From: an uncultured Chloroflexia bacterium
Lineage (GTDB): Bacteria > Chloroflexota > Limnocylindria > QHBO01
Length of the DNA stretch: 64,000 nt
Assembly (NCBI GenBank): GCA_963695195.1
Contig: CAVOGE010000007.1
Location: 831,756-895,755, forward strand
Direction: 5' to 3'
Every line of letters starts with the position of its first letter. Position 1 is the stretch's first letter. The translations under genes were made by a program, and so were the position numbers. The notes beneath the pieces are model-generated. The model searched no databases, was not told the DNA's origin, and saw only the letters and a program-made list of their open reading frames with translations. Positions 17,997-27,862 of this stretch are shown piece by piece.

Positions 17997-19607
17997 CTAG
18001 TCGCCGAACTTGCCAGCCTCGGACTCGAACTCGCGCTCGATCTCGCTCAACTCCTGCTCGCTTCCCTGGCGGCGCGGACCGGCGAACCGGGTCCGTGCCC
18101 ACCCGAAGTAGTAGAGCAGCAGGAACACGATGAAGCCAAGGACCGTCCACAGGGCGGCCGGGTTCAAGGCGTACGGGAAGAGGAAGAGCGGAGTGATCAG
18201 GATGACCCAGATCACCGCGATCATGGCCATCGGTCGGCTGTAGCGCCCGAGGCTCCAGACACGCACGTTGCGCCACGATTGATCACCCCACAGGCCCAGA
18301 CCGATGCACACCGCGTATGCCCAGTAGAGCAGCACGGTGCTGATTCCGGTCACGCCGGCGATCAGGAAGAACGGATCGCCTCCCAGGGCGTTGGTCAGGA
18401 CATAGATCAGGGCGATCAACAGCCAGCTCAGGATGCTGATTGCGATGACCGAGTTGGCGGGTGTTCGGTAGCGAACGCTCACCTTCTTGAGCCACTTGCT
18501 CCCCGGCACCCCGTCGTCCCGACTGAAGGCGAACAGCATCCGCCCCGCCGATGCGATTGAGCTGAACCCGCAGAAGGTCATCGCGAAGGCGATGCCCACC
18601 GCGAGCAGGCCGCCGAGCTTGTCCAGGCCGGCACCCAGGTTGGTCTCCAGGATGTAGGCCACGCCGCCGCCACCGCCACTGTTCGCCAGAACGTCGGCGG
18701 GGTCGGTCATCTTGAGGGTGAGCGCGACGAGCACGATGTAGCCGACCACGGCAGACACCGCGACCGACAGGAAGACGCCCCAGCCGGATGCCATGCGGGC
18801 GTTGACGGTCTCCTCGGCGACATGCGCCGAGGCGTCGTAGCCGGTGTAGGTCCACTGGGCCTGCAGCAGGCTCAGGGCGAAGGCGCCCGCCACGCCGAAC
18901 GGCAGCAGCGTCGCAATCGGGTCGCCGTCGGCGCTCACGCCGGCGGGCGCGACCGTGAACAGGAACCCAACGTCATGGGTTGCATTCGTCCCGAGGGCGA
19001 ACAGCAGGATCGTGATGGCGGCCACGAAGAAGATGTGCCACCAGACCGACAGGTCGTTCATGAACGAGACAATGCGGGTGCCGGCGACGTTGAAGCCGAT
19101 CTCGATGAGGATCAGCGCACCGGTAATCCAGATCGCGTTGAGCACTCCCAGTGTCTCCAGGTTCGGGTCGATCCCGAACACCGGGTTGAGCAGTGTCGCG
19201 GTCAGGTAGTACGCCGCCGAGAAGTTGATGCCGGCGACGATCGAGATCTGGCCACCCAGGTTCAGCCAGGCGGTCCACCAGCCCCAGTTCTTGTTCTTCA
19301 GGCGGCTCGCCCAGTAGTACAGGCCACCGGCCGTCGGATAGGCAGATGCGATCTCGGCCATGGTGGCGGCGATCATCAGCGTGAAGACCGTCACGAGCGG
19401 CCACCCGAGGCCGACCGAAGCCGGTCCGCCCAGGGCAAGTCCGTAGTTGAACAGGATGACCGCGCCCGTCAGGATCGAGATGATGCTGAAGCTGATGGCG
19501 AAGTTGCTGAAGCCGCCCATGCTGCGCAGCAGCTCCTGGGCATAGCCGAGTCCGTGTAGGTCGCGGACGTCCTGCTGGATGACGTCCTCGCGGGATCGCT
19601 GCGTCAT
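17997..19607 (-). CDS. APC-family amino-acid/polyamine permease
   Basis: 12-TM APC permease. ATG 19607 (MTQRSRED...) with GGAGAGG SD, chosen over the longer track ORF. Confidence 0.8.
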   Translation of the reverse strand: MTQRSREDVIQQDVRDLHGLGYAQELLRSMGGFSNFAISFSIISILTGAVILFNYGLALGGPASVGLGWPLVTVFTLMIAATMAEIASAYPTAGGLYYWASRLKNKNWGWWTAWLNLGGQISIVAGINFSAAYYLTATLLNPVFGIDPNLETLGVLNAIWITGALILIEIGFNVAGTRIVSFMNDLSVWWHIFFVAAITILLFALGTNATHDVGFLFTVAPAGVSADGDPIATLLPFGVAGAFALSLLQAQWTYTGYDASAHVAEETVNARMASGWGVFLSVAVSAVVGYIVLVALTLKMTDPADVLANSGGGGGVAYILETNLGAGLDKLGGLLAVGIAFAMTFCGFSSIASAGRMLFAFSRDDGVPGSKWLKKVSVRYRTPANSVIAISILSWLLIALIYVLTNALGGDPFFLIAGVTGISTVLLYWAYAVCIGLGLWGDQSWRNVRVWSLGRYSRPMAMIAVIWVILITPLFLFPYALNPAALWTVLGFIVFLLLYYFGWARTRFAGPRRQGSEQELSEIEREFESEAGKFGD

Positions 19608-19870
19608 GTGGAACCTCTCCTCCAGTGTCGGAATCGGCGCTGCGGCGGCCGCCGCGCGCACGGCAAGGATCGGGTCACGCGTGGGCGATACGGCGGGCGA
19701 GTAGGCGAACCCTCCTTCCACATGCGGACGGCGCTGCGCCGGTGTGAGGCGCAGCCCGGAAGGGAGCGCCCCGCGGGCAGTTGCGGGTCGGCCCACGGGA
19801 CTATACGCACGTTACGGGGTCGCTGGGAAGGCCTGAAATGCGAGGGATCGCCAGCGGACGCCGGGCGGTC

Positions 19871-20554
19871 CTAGGAGCCGCTCTCCTCGCCCGATTCGGC
19901 AGCCGCGCTCGGCTCTTCGTCGGTCGCTTCGCCCTCTTCGCCCTCGGCCGCGGCTGCCTCCTCGCCCTCGACGGCGGCGACCACGATGGGCTCCTCCTCG
20001 ACGCGTGGCGGGCTCACCTTGGCGACCAGGTCTGCGGGGTCATTGAGGATGGTGACCCCAGCAGGAACCGGCAGATCGCGGACGTGGATGGTGGCCTCCA
20101 GATCGGTGAGCGGTGACAGGTCGACGGCGATCTCGTCCGGCAGGTCCGCCGGCAGCGCCCTGATCTTGACGTGATCGATGGCGGTGAACAGGATCGCGTC
20201 CTCGAGCTCGACGACGGGGGCAGTCCCGGTGAACACGAGCGGCACGTCGGCCTGCATCTCATGCCGCAGGTCGAGCGCGTGCAGATCCACGTGCAGGGCC
20301 CTGCCGGTCAGCGGATTGCGCTGGATCGACTTGATGATGGCGCTCGTTGGCGCGCCTCCGTCCACGGAGACCTTAACGATGTTCGTGCGGCCGGCGGCTC
20401 GATAGAGCACCTCGAGCGCCTTGGCTTCAAGCTGCACCGGCTCCGAGCCGTGCGCCTTGCCGAACAGGACGCCGGGGACCATCCCGGTGCCGCGCAGGCG
20501 GCTGGTCTGCTTGCCGAGCACGCTGCGTGAGCTGACGGTGATCTCCAGGTCCAT
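19871..20554 (-). CDS. rplY: 50S ribosomal protein L25 / general stress protein Ctc
   Basis: L25/Ctc fold motifs, acidic C-terminal tail. Confidence 0.85.
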   Translation of the reverse strand: MDLEITVSSRSVLGKQTSRLRGTGMVPGVLFGKAHGSEPVQLEAKALEVLYRAAGRTNIVKVSVDGGAPTSAIIKSIQRNPLTGRALHVDLHALDLRHEMQADVPLVFTGTAPVVELEDAILFTAIDHVKIRALPADLPDEIAVDLSPLTDLEATIHVRDLPVPAGVTILNDPADLVAKVSPPRVEEEPIVVAAVEGEEAAAAEGEEGEATDEEPSAAAESGEESGS

Positions 20555-20695
20555 CGGTCTGACTTGATCCTCGATTGCTGGCGTCCGGGCATGCCGGATG
20601 CAGGTGAAACGCTTCAGGCGCGGGAGCGCATGGTACCAACGGACCGAGAGAGCGGCAAGGAGGCGATCCGGAGGTCGGGCTAGAATCGGTGGTCA

Positions 20696-21391
20696 ATGGC
20701 TGGCACGATCATGATCGTTGAGGATGAACCTGCGGTCGCCCGTGGGGTCCAGGTGGCCCTTGAGCGCGAGGGATACGCGACCGTCATCGTGGGGACCGGC
20801 GAAGAGGCGGTCGCTCGATTCGCCGATATCGCGCCGGATCTGGTGCTGCTCGACGTCCGCCTGCCGGGGATCGACGGGTTCGAGGTCTGTCGCCAGTTGC
20901 GCCGCGAGACGCGCGCCCCGGTCCTGTTCCTGACCGCCCGCGCCGACGAGGTCGACAAGGTGGTCGGCCTGGAGATCGGCGCCGACGACTACCTGGTCAA
21001 GCCGTTCAGCGTTCGCGAGCTGGTGAGCCGAATCAAGGCGCTGCTGCGGCGCGCCTACGGCGAACTGGCCGACACGCAGACGGGCAGGACGCTGCGACGC
21101 GGCGACCTGGTGATCGACCTCGAGCGGCGCCGCGTCACCCGCGACGGCGAGCGGATCAGCCTGACCACGACCGAGTTCGACCTGCTGCGCCACATGGCCG
21201 CCAAGCCGGGGCGCGTCTACACCCGGACCCAGCTCCTCGAACTGGTGCGTGACTATGAAGCGCTCGAGGCCGACGAGCGCACGATCAACGTGCATGTCAG
21301 CCACATCCGCGAGAAGATCGAGCCCGATCCCGCCCAGCCTCGCTACATCAAGACGGTGAGAGGCGTGGGCTATGCGTTCAGCGAGGACTGA
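20696..21391 (+). CDS. OmpR-family response regulator (MprA/MtrA-like)
   Basis: Receiver plus winged-helix. TAGAAT -10-like box 13 nt upstream of ATG. Confidence 0.85.
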   Translation: MAGTIMIVEDEPAVARGVQVALEREGYATVIVGTGEEAVARFADIAPDLVLLDVRLPGIDGFEVCRQLRRETRAPVLFLTARADEVDKVVGLEIGADDYLVKPFSVRELVSRIKALLRRAYGELADTQTGRTLRRGDLVIDLERRRVTRDGERISLTTTEFDLLRHMAAKPGRVYTRTQLLELVRDYEALEADERTINVHVSHIREKIEPDPAQPRYIKTVRGVGYAFSED

Positions 21392-22880
21392 CTCCGGGTC
21401 CGTCCCGACGCTCGGGGGCGTCCGACGGCGTCTCGCCTGGTTCCAGCAGCTGAATGCGCGCCTGGTGCTCGCCCTCGCCAGCGTGGCGCTGGTTGCGCTC
21501 CTCGTATCGGGGCTGTCGCTGAACCAGGTGCTCCCCGGCTATTTCGTCGAGCAGGCGGCCAGTCGGGCCCGCACGGCGGCCCTTTCGACGGCCCTCCTCC
21601 TCCAGGAGCAGGCGACCAGCGTGGCGACCACGCGCCCGCAGCTGCTCACCGTCCGGGAGCTGCGCGAGGCCCAGCTGCTGCGGCCCGTGGCCGAGACGGC
21701 AGCGCGCGCCCTGGCGCAGGGGACCGTCTCGTTCTACAACGAGGACGGTACGCTCGCCGCGCGCGCCGAGCCCGACGCCGCGACCGTCGAGGCGCTGGTC
21801 GCCGATGGCCTGCACCCGGATCCCGAGGTCCCGGACCAGGCGGTCTCGCAGCAGATCGCCATGCCGGACCTCTCGCCGCCGCTGAAATTCACCATCACCG
21901 TCTCGAACCCGTACACGTCGCGCGCGCGGACGCTCGATCGCGTGCGCGGCACCCTCTACCTGACCGGCCTGCTGGCGTTGATCGCCTCCGTGGCGGTCGG
22001 CGTTCTCGTCGCCCGGCGCTTCACCATCCCCCTGGCGCGGCTGCGGCGGGCGAGCAGCCGCCTGGCGCAGGGTCAGCTCGATGAGCGGGCGCCGCGCTCC
22101 ACCATCGTCGAGGTCGACGACCTGGCCCACCAGTTCAACGTGATGGCCGACCGCCTCTCGGAGTCACTCCGCTTGCTCGAGGCCGACCGGGATCGGCTCC
22201 GGGAATTCGTGGCGGACGTGTCTCACGAGTTCCGCACGCCGATCGCCGCCCTGCGCGCCTTCACCGAGCTGCAGCGCGACGGCGACGTTGACGAGCCGAC
22301 CCGGCGCGAGTTCCTGGCACGCTCCGAGGAGCAGATCAGCCGGCTTGACTGGATGAGCACCAACCTGCTCGACCTGTCGCGCATCGACGCCGGGATCTTC
22401 CCGCTCGACATGCGATCCGGGGATCTGCGCGACCCGATCCGCTCGGTGGTCGAGGCGCACGCCGAGCTCGCCGAGCAGCGAGGCGTGTCGCTGGCGATCG
22501 AGGTGCCCGCGTCGCCGGTGATCATCCGCTTCGACCGCGAGCGGGTGGTGCAGCTGCTGACCAACCTGGTCGGCAACGGGCTGAAGTTCACCCCGCGCGG
22601 CGGCGAGGTGGTTGCGACCCTGACCGATGCTCCCGAGGGGGCCATCGTGCTGATCCGCGACACCGGCCCCGGAATCACCGAGGCCGAGCTGCCCCGCGTC
22701 TTCGAGCGCTTCTTCCGGGGCACGAACGTGGGTGAGGCGCGGGCGTCCGGGAGCGGGCTGGGGCTGGCCATCGCCCGCTCGATCGTGGAGATGCACGGTG
22801 GGACGATCGACGTTGCGAGCGCGCCTGGACAGGGCACCGCCTTCACCGTGCGGCTGCCACGCACCCCGGAAGGTCAATGA
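21372..22880 (+). CDS. Sensor histidine kinase (TM-periplasmic-TM, HAMP, HisKA, HATPase)
   Basis: H-box SHEFRTPIAAL, N/G boxes GNGLKFT, GSGLGLAIARS. Confidence 0.8.
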   Translation: MRSARTDSGSVPTLGGVRRRLAWFQQLNARLVLALASVALVALLVSGLSLNQVLPGYFVEQAASRARTAALSTALLLQEQATSVATTRPQLLTVRELREAQLLRPVAETAARALAQGTVSFYNEDGTLAARAEPDAATVEALVADGLHPDPEVPDQAVSQQIAMPDLSPPLKFTITVSNPYTSRARTLDRVRGTLYLTGLLALIASVAVGVLVARRFTIPLARLRRASSRLAQGQLDERAPRSTIVEVDDLAHQFNVMADRLSESLRLLEADRDRLREFVADVSHEFRTPIAALRAFTELQRDGDVDEPTRREFLARSEEQISRLDWMSTNLLDLSRIDAGIFPLDMRSGDLRDPIRSVVEAHAELAEQRGVSLAIEVPASPVIIRFDRERVVQLLTNLVGNGLKFTPRGGEVVATLTDAPEGAIVLIRDTGPGITEAELPRVFERFFRGTNVGEARASGSGLGLAIARSIVEMHGGTIDVASAPGQGTAFTVRLPRTPEGQ

Positions 22881-22956
22881 AACTTCACGCGGCCGGCTCG
22901 CTGAGCGCAACCCGCGACGGCCACCATCGAGGGCACATGCCAACCAGCGAGGACCG

Positions 22957-24237
22957 ATGAGCGACCAGGATCTCCCGACAACTCCCGATGCCGATGCATA
23001 CGCACCGGGGGTCGAGGTGAGCCGCTACGGCCCGCCGCCCAGCCAGCCGAACCGACCGACATGGAGCGCGGCTCCCACCTGGTCAGCACCTCCGGCCGCG
23101 CCGCCTCCGTCGCCTGGGCGCCGCGGCCTCGGTCCGCTGTCGGTGATCACCATTGCCCTCGTGACGGCGATCATCTCCGGCTCGCTGTCCGCGGCGGCCG
23201 TCGCGAACCTGCTCCGGACGCCGACCGGCAGCGCGGTGAACGGGCCGACCGGCACCGCGGTGAGCCAGCTGCACCTCGACGAATCGAGTGCGGTGATCAC
23301 CGCCGTCGCCAAGGTGATGCCCGCCGTGGTGACGATCACCGCGCGAACCAACGGTGGGGTGGTCGGCGGAACGAACGGTGTCGGCTCCGGATTCATCTTC
23401 GACCCCGACGGCTGGATCCTGACGAACAAGCATGTCGTGGACGGCGCTGACGAGATCTCGGTCCAGCTCACCGACTCGCGGGTCTTCGTGGGACGCGTGT
23501 ACGGCATCGACACGCTGACCGACCTGGCGATCGTGAAGATCGATGCAAGCGGGCTGCCGGCCGCGCCGATCGGCTCGAGCGACGACCTGGAGCTGGGCCA
23601 GTTGGCGATCGCCATCGGCAACCCGCTGGGAACCTTCGAGAACACGGTCACCACCGGCGTCGTCTCCGGCCTCGGCCGCCAGATCCGGGCCGGTGACGCG
23701 CTCGGCACCTCGAGCGAGCAGCTCAACAACCTGATCCAGACGGATGCGGCCATCAACCCCGGCAACTCCGGCGGGCCGTTGATCAACAGCGCCGGGCAGG
23801 TGATCGGCATCAACACCGCGGTCAACCGCGATGCGCAGGGGATCGGCTTCGCCATCCCGATCAATATCGCCCGCCCGATCATGGAGCTGGCGCTCGCCGG
23901 AGAGCCGATCGCGCGACCCTGGATCGGGGTCTACTACGTGCGGCTGAACGCGGCGCTTGCCGAGGAGCGCGGCCTGGGCATCGACCATGGTGTGCTGATT
24001 GACGCGGCCGACAACGGTGCACCCGGCGTCTTCCCCGGCAGCCCCGCCGAGGCTGCCGGGCTCCGCGATGGCGACGTGGTGGTGGCCGTCGACGGGGTGC
24101 AGGTCGATGATCGGCACGACCTGGCCGCGCTCGTCATGCCGCATGCACCCGGCGACGTGGTGGTGCTGTCGGTCGTGCGTGACGGGGAGACGATCCAGGT
24201 GAGCGTGACACTCGGCACGCTCCCAGCCCAACGCTAG
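22957..24237 (+). CDS. HtrA/DegP-family trypsin-like serine protease with PDZ domain (PepD-like)
   Basis: Catalytic triad context (TNKHVV, DLAIVK, GNSGGPL), C-terminal PDZ. ATG 22957 with GAGGA SD. PT-rich N-terminal tail and TM anchor. Confidence 0.85.
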   Translation: MSDQDLPTTPDADAYAPGVEVSRYGPPPSQPNRPTWSAAPTWSAPPAAPPPSPGRRGLGPLSVITIALVTAIISGSLSAAAVANLLRTPTGSAVNGPTGTAVSQLHLDESSAVITAVAKVMPAVVTITARTNGGVVGGTNGVGSGFIFDPDGWILTNKHVVDGADEISVQLTDSRVFVGRVYGIDTLTDLAIVKIDASGLPAAPIGSSDDLELGQLAIAIGNPLGTFENTVTTGVVSGLGRQIRAGDALGTSSEQLNNLIQTDAAINPGNSGGPLINSAGQVIGINTAVNRDAQGIGFAIPINIARPIMELALAGEPIARPWIGVYYVRLNAALAEERGLGIDHGVLIDAADNGAPGVFPGSPAEAAGLRDGDVVVAVDGVQVDDRHDLAALVMPHAPGDVVVLSVVRDGETIQVSVTLGTLPAQR

Positions 24238-24617
24238 GAGGCGCGTTCCCGACGGCGCCGGCGCAGGCGCACCTCGACCGTCTCGAACTCGCCGGGCAGT
24301 GGCGCCTGCGGTTTGCGGACCGCCACCTCGACCTCGTCGACATCGAGTGTGGCCAGGACCGCGTCGGCGATGGCCCCGGCCATCGCCTCGAGAAGCCGGA
24401 ACGAGCGGCCTTCCACAATGCCCCGCGCCAGGTCGAAGAGCGCGGCATAGTCGACCGTGTCGGCGAGGTCGTCGCTGGCCGCGGCAGGCGCGAGGTCCAG
24501 GGTCAACACGACGTCCACCTCGAACGGCTGGGCCGTCAGCTGCTCACCGGGGAGCGCGCCGTGGCGGCCGGCAAAGCGCATGCCACGCAGGGTGATCCGG
24601 TCCCCTGCCTCGGTCAT
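24234..24617 (-). CDS. folB: Dihydroneopterin aldolase
   Basis: FolB family motifs (GMRFAGRHGALPGEQ, FEVDVVL). Confidence 0.85.
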   Translation of the reverse strand: MTEAGDRITLRGMRFAGRHGALPGEQLTAQPFEVDVVLTLDLAPAAASDDLADTVDYAALFDLARGIVEGRSFRLLEAMAGAIADAVLATLDVDEVEVAVRKPQAPLPGEFETVEVRLRRRRRERAS

Positions 24618-25468
24618 GACGGCCTCCGCACGATGGCGTCGCTGATCCGAACGGTGCGCACCATGGCGGCAACGTCGTGCACCCGCACGATGTCGGCGCC
24701 GGCTGCGATGGCCAGCGCCACGCTCGCCCCGGTCCCCTCCAGCCGTTGCTCAGGCGGTGCGCCGTCGAGCAGCTCGCCGATGAAGCGCTTGCGGCTCGTT
24801 CCGACCAGGAGCGGCAGCCCGCCCAGCGCGGCCTTGAGATCGGCCAGGCGGTGGAGGAGCTCGAGCGAGTGGGACCGGGTCTTGCCGAAGCCGACCCCCG
24901 GATCCACGATCAGCCGTTCGCGGGCGACGCCGCCGGCCAGCGCCCGCTCGATCGCCTCGCGCAGCCACGTCACCACCTCGTCGAAGACGCCGCCCGGGTA
25001 TTCGGCCACGTCCCGGTTGTGCATCAGCACCAGGTACGCGTCGGCCTCGGCGGCCGCTTCGATGGTTGCCGGATCGCGTCGCCCGGCCCATACGTCGTTG
25101 ACGATCGTGGCGCCCGCCTCGAGGGCGGCGCGGGCGACCGTGCCCTTGGTGGTATCGATGCTCACCGCGGCGCGGCCGTCGAACGCGCGCGCCAGAGCCG
25201 CCACCACCGGGACGGCCGATGCGGCCTCCGCCTCCGCATCGACCGGAAGCCGCTCTCCGTAGAACTGCGCCGGCCGCGAGGATTCGGCTCCGACGTCAAG
25301 GATGTCGGCGCCCGCGTCGACGAAGTCACGCGCCTGCTCGAGTGCCGCGGCAACGATCTCCAGCTCGCTGCGCCCGGGCAGCGCGATGCCGTCGCCCGAG
25401 AACGAGTCGGACGTGACGTTGATGATCCCCATCACCAGCGTGCGCTCTCCCCACCGGAACTCGGTCAC
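24614..25468 (-). CDS. folP: Dihydropteroate synthase
   Basis: Pterin-binding TIM barrel motifs (GIINVTSDSFSGDG, DILDVGAESSRP, DPGVGFGKT). Confidence 0.9.
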   Translation of the reverse strand: MTEFRWGERTLVMGIINVTSDSFSGDGIALPGRSELEIVAAALEQARDFVDAGADILDVGAESSRPAQFYGERLPVDAEAEAASAVPVVAALARAFDGRAAVSIDTTKGTVARAALEAGATIVNDVWAGRRDPATIEAAAEADAYLVLMHNRDVAEYPGGVFDEVVTWLREAIERALAGGVARERLIVDPGVGFGKTRSHSLELLHRLADLKAALGGLPLLVGTSRKRFIGELLDGAPPEQRLEGTGASVALAIAAGADIVRVHDVAAMVRTVRISDAIVRRPS

Positions 25469-26839
25469 TCAGACCTCCTGCTCGCCGGTCAGCATCCCAC
25501 GAACCGCGCCGACCAGATACAGCGAGCCCGCGACCACCACCGGCTGTTCGACGGACCGGCGCAGCTCGGCGGCGCGCAGCAGGGCGCTCGCCGGGTCGGC
25601 TGCAGCCTCGCCCGCGTCCGCGATACGCCGCCAGATCCGCAGCAGCGATTCCGGGCGATGCGCACCCGGATCGGCCACAGCGGTGAAGACGGGGATCGGC
25701 TCAAGCGGGGCGAGCGCGCGCAGCACGGCGGTGACACGCTTGCCGCGCATCGCGCCGAACACGAGCGGGAATCGGTGCATCCTGAGCTCGCCCAGAGCGG
25801 CCGTCAGTGCCCGGGCGCCGGCCGGGTTGTGCGCCCCGTCGAGCAGGACGCGCCCGAAGGGGGCGCGGTCGAGCAGCTCCATGCGCCCCGGCCATCGTGC
25901 GGCGGCAAACCCCTGCCGAATGGCAGCCTCGTCGACGCCGAGCGCCACGCCCCGCCGGTCGGCGTCCTCGACGAGCGCGTCAAGCAGGGCCAGGGCGACG
26001 GCCGCGTTGGCCGCCTGGTGACCTCCCAGCAGCCCCACCTGCAGGGCGGGAAGCTCCCCGAATGGCGTCGTCGCATCCAGGATCACCCCGTCCCAGTCGG
26101 CCTGGCGCACGACGGCCCGGTATGGACGCCCCGATCCGGCCAGTCGCAGTGGGACGCCCAGCGCGACACATCGGTCCCGGATGGGGTTGAACCCACGTGA
26201 GCCGGCGCCGGTGGCGGCAAGGTTGCCCGGCTTGATGATCGCCGCCTTCTCGGTCCCGATCGCCGCGAGGGTCGACCCGAGGTGCCGCTCGTGGTCGTGC
26301 TGGACGTTCGTGATGACCGCGACACCCGGATCGAGTACGTTCGTGGCGTCGAGCCGGCCACCCAGTCCGACCTCCACCAGCACCAGGTCGAGGTCGCTTC
26401 GCGCGAGCTCGGCGAACGCCGCCGCGGTGAGCGCCTCGAACTCGGTGGGTGCACCCAGGCGGGAGGTAACGGCGTCGATCGCCGGCAGGACCGAAGCGAC
26501 TGCCGCCGCGAAGCGTTCCGCGCTGATCGGCCGACCATCGATCGCGATCCGCTCGCGATAGGCCACCAGGTGCGGTTTCGGCATGCTCCCGACGCGCAGC
26601 CCCGCGGCACGCAGGACGGCGAGCGCGAGCGCCACCACGCTGCCCTTCCCGTTGGTGCCGCCGACGAGCGCCCCCCGCAGGCCTCGCTCCGGGTGATCCA
26701 GTTCGTCGAGGAGCGCGGTTATCCGCTGAAGGCCAAGGCTGATCCCGAATCGCCCGCGCGAGCGGAGGGCCTCGACTGTGGCTTCGTATCCGATGCCTGC
26801 CGTGTCAGGCGCCCTCGTCCTCGAAGAAGACGCAGTCAT
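25469..26839 (-). CDS. folC: Bifunctional folylpolyglutamate synthase / dihydrofolate synthase
   Basis: Mur-ligase family P-loop GTNGKGS, FolC layout. Confidence 0.85.
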   Translation of the reverse strand: MTASSSRTRAPDTAGIGYEATVEALRSRGRFGISLGLQRITALLDELDHPERGLRGALVGGTNGKGSVVALALAVLRAAGLRVGSMPKPHLVAYRERIAIDGRPISAERFAAAVASVLPAIDAVTSRLGAPTEFEALTAAAFAELARSDLDLVLVEVGLGGRLDATNVLDPGVAVITNVQHDHERHLGSTLAAIGTEKAAIIKPGNLAATGAGSRGFNPIRDRCVALGVPLRLAGSGRPYRAVVRQADWDGVILDATTPFGELPALQVGLLGGHQAANAAVALALLDALVEDADRRGVALGVDEAAIRQGFAAARWPGRMELLDRAPFGRVLLDGAHNPAGARALTAALGELRMHRFPLVFGAMRGKRVTAVLRALAPLEPIPVFTAVADPGAHRPESLLRIWRRIADAGEAAADPASALLRAAELRRSVEQPVVVAGSLYLVGAVRGMLTGEQEV

Positions 26840-27362
26840 GGAACTGACCGGTCATGCACAGATCGGCGACGTATCCGTTGTCGAGGTGGACACCGCCACG
26901 CAGGTCGCAGCGGTTCACCATGCCGTCTTGCTTCATGAGCATCCGGAGCACTCCCGGTGAGTCGGTCCCGACGCGATCCCTCGCCCCGTTGGTCAGGTAG
27001 AAGTGCGGGCAACTGTGCCGGCGCTTGCCGGTGTAGCCGAGTGGCACGCCCCGGCGACCGACGTGAACGGTGAGCGGCTCGGGGGTCGCGGCGAACCGCT
27101 TCTCGGCGATGGCGCAACGCCCCGGTTCACAATCGATCTCGTTGTGGCAGCAGGCGCGCGCGGGACCGACCCCCTCCACCGCCCACAGCTCCCAGCAGGG
27201 GCGACGCAGGATGAATGCGGGGCAGCGGTAGCGGACGGCCAGGTCGCAGTTCTCGACCTCCCAGCACATGGTGCGCCGGTCGTCGGCGCGCCGGTCCGGG
27301 GCGAACGGATCTGCGGCAAGGCGCCGGTCGGCGCCGACACGGCGTTCGGTCTTGATGATCAC
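26805..27362 (-). CDS. Cysteine-rich hypothetical protein (11 Cys, two C-W motifs)
   Basis: Coding-like codon usage (high GC3). MCWEVENC, PCWELW, CCHNEIDCEPGRC, CPHFY, CDLRGG, CMTGQFHDC. No family recognised. Confidence 0.5.
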   Translation of the reverse strand: MIIKTERRVGADRRLAADPFAPDRRADDRRTMCWEVENCDLAVRYRCPAFILRRPCWELWAVEGVGPARACCHNEIDCEPGRCAIAEKRFAATPEPLTVHVGRRGVPLGYTGKRRHSCPHFYLTNGARDRVGTDSPGVLRMLMKQDGMVNRCDLRGGVHLDNGYVADLCMTGQFHDCVFFEDEGA

Positions 27363-27448
27363 GGCCGAGAGTGTAGTCGCTGGGCTGGGCCGGGAGTCAG
27401 AAGACCCCCGCCCGGGTGGGCGGCGGTCACATCGGCGCCGCGGAGCAC

Positions 27449-27775
27449 CTACGCCAGAAATTCGCGGAGTCGGTCCTCCATTGCCGCCTGCGGCATGTAA
27501 CCGACCAGGCGGGCGGCCTCGCGGCCGTCCTTGAAGACGATCAGCGTCGGGATCGAGAAGATGCTGTAGCGCATCGCCAGCTGCTGGTTCTCATCGGTGT
27601 TCACCTTGGCCGTGGCGACCTTGTCGCCATGGGCCTCGCCGAACGCCTCGACGACCGGCGAGACGAGCCGGCATGGCCCGCACCACGGTGCCCAGAAATC
27701 GACGAGCACCGGCTTTTCGGAGTTGAGGACCTCGGCCTCGAAGGTCGCATCGTCGACCATCATCGCGGCTGTCAT
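27449..27775 (-). CDS. trxA: Thioredoxin
   Basis: WCGPC active site, 108 aa. Confidence 0.9.
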   Translation of the reverse strand: MTAAMMVDDATFEAEVLNSEKPVLVDFWAPWCGPCRLVSPVVEAFGEAHGDKVATAKVNTDENQQLAMRYSIFSIPTLIVFKDGREAARLVGYMPQAAMEDRLREFLA

Positions 27776-27862
27776 GTGGGTGCCATTGACCTCCCGGTCG
27801 GACTGCGTATCTCGGACGTCGATCGTAGCACTCGATGGCGCGCCGGGGGATTTGGCGGACGA

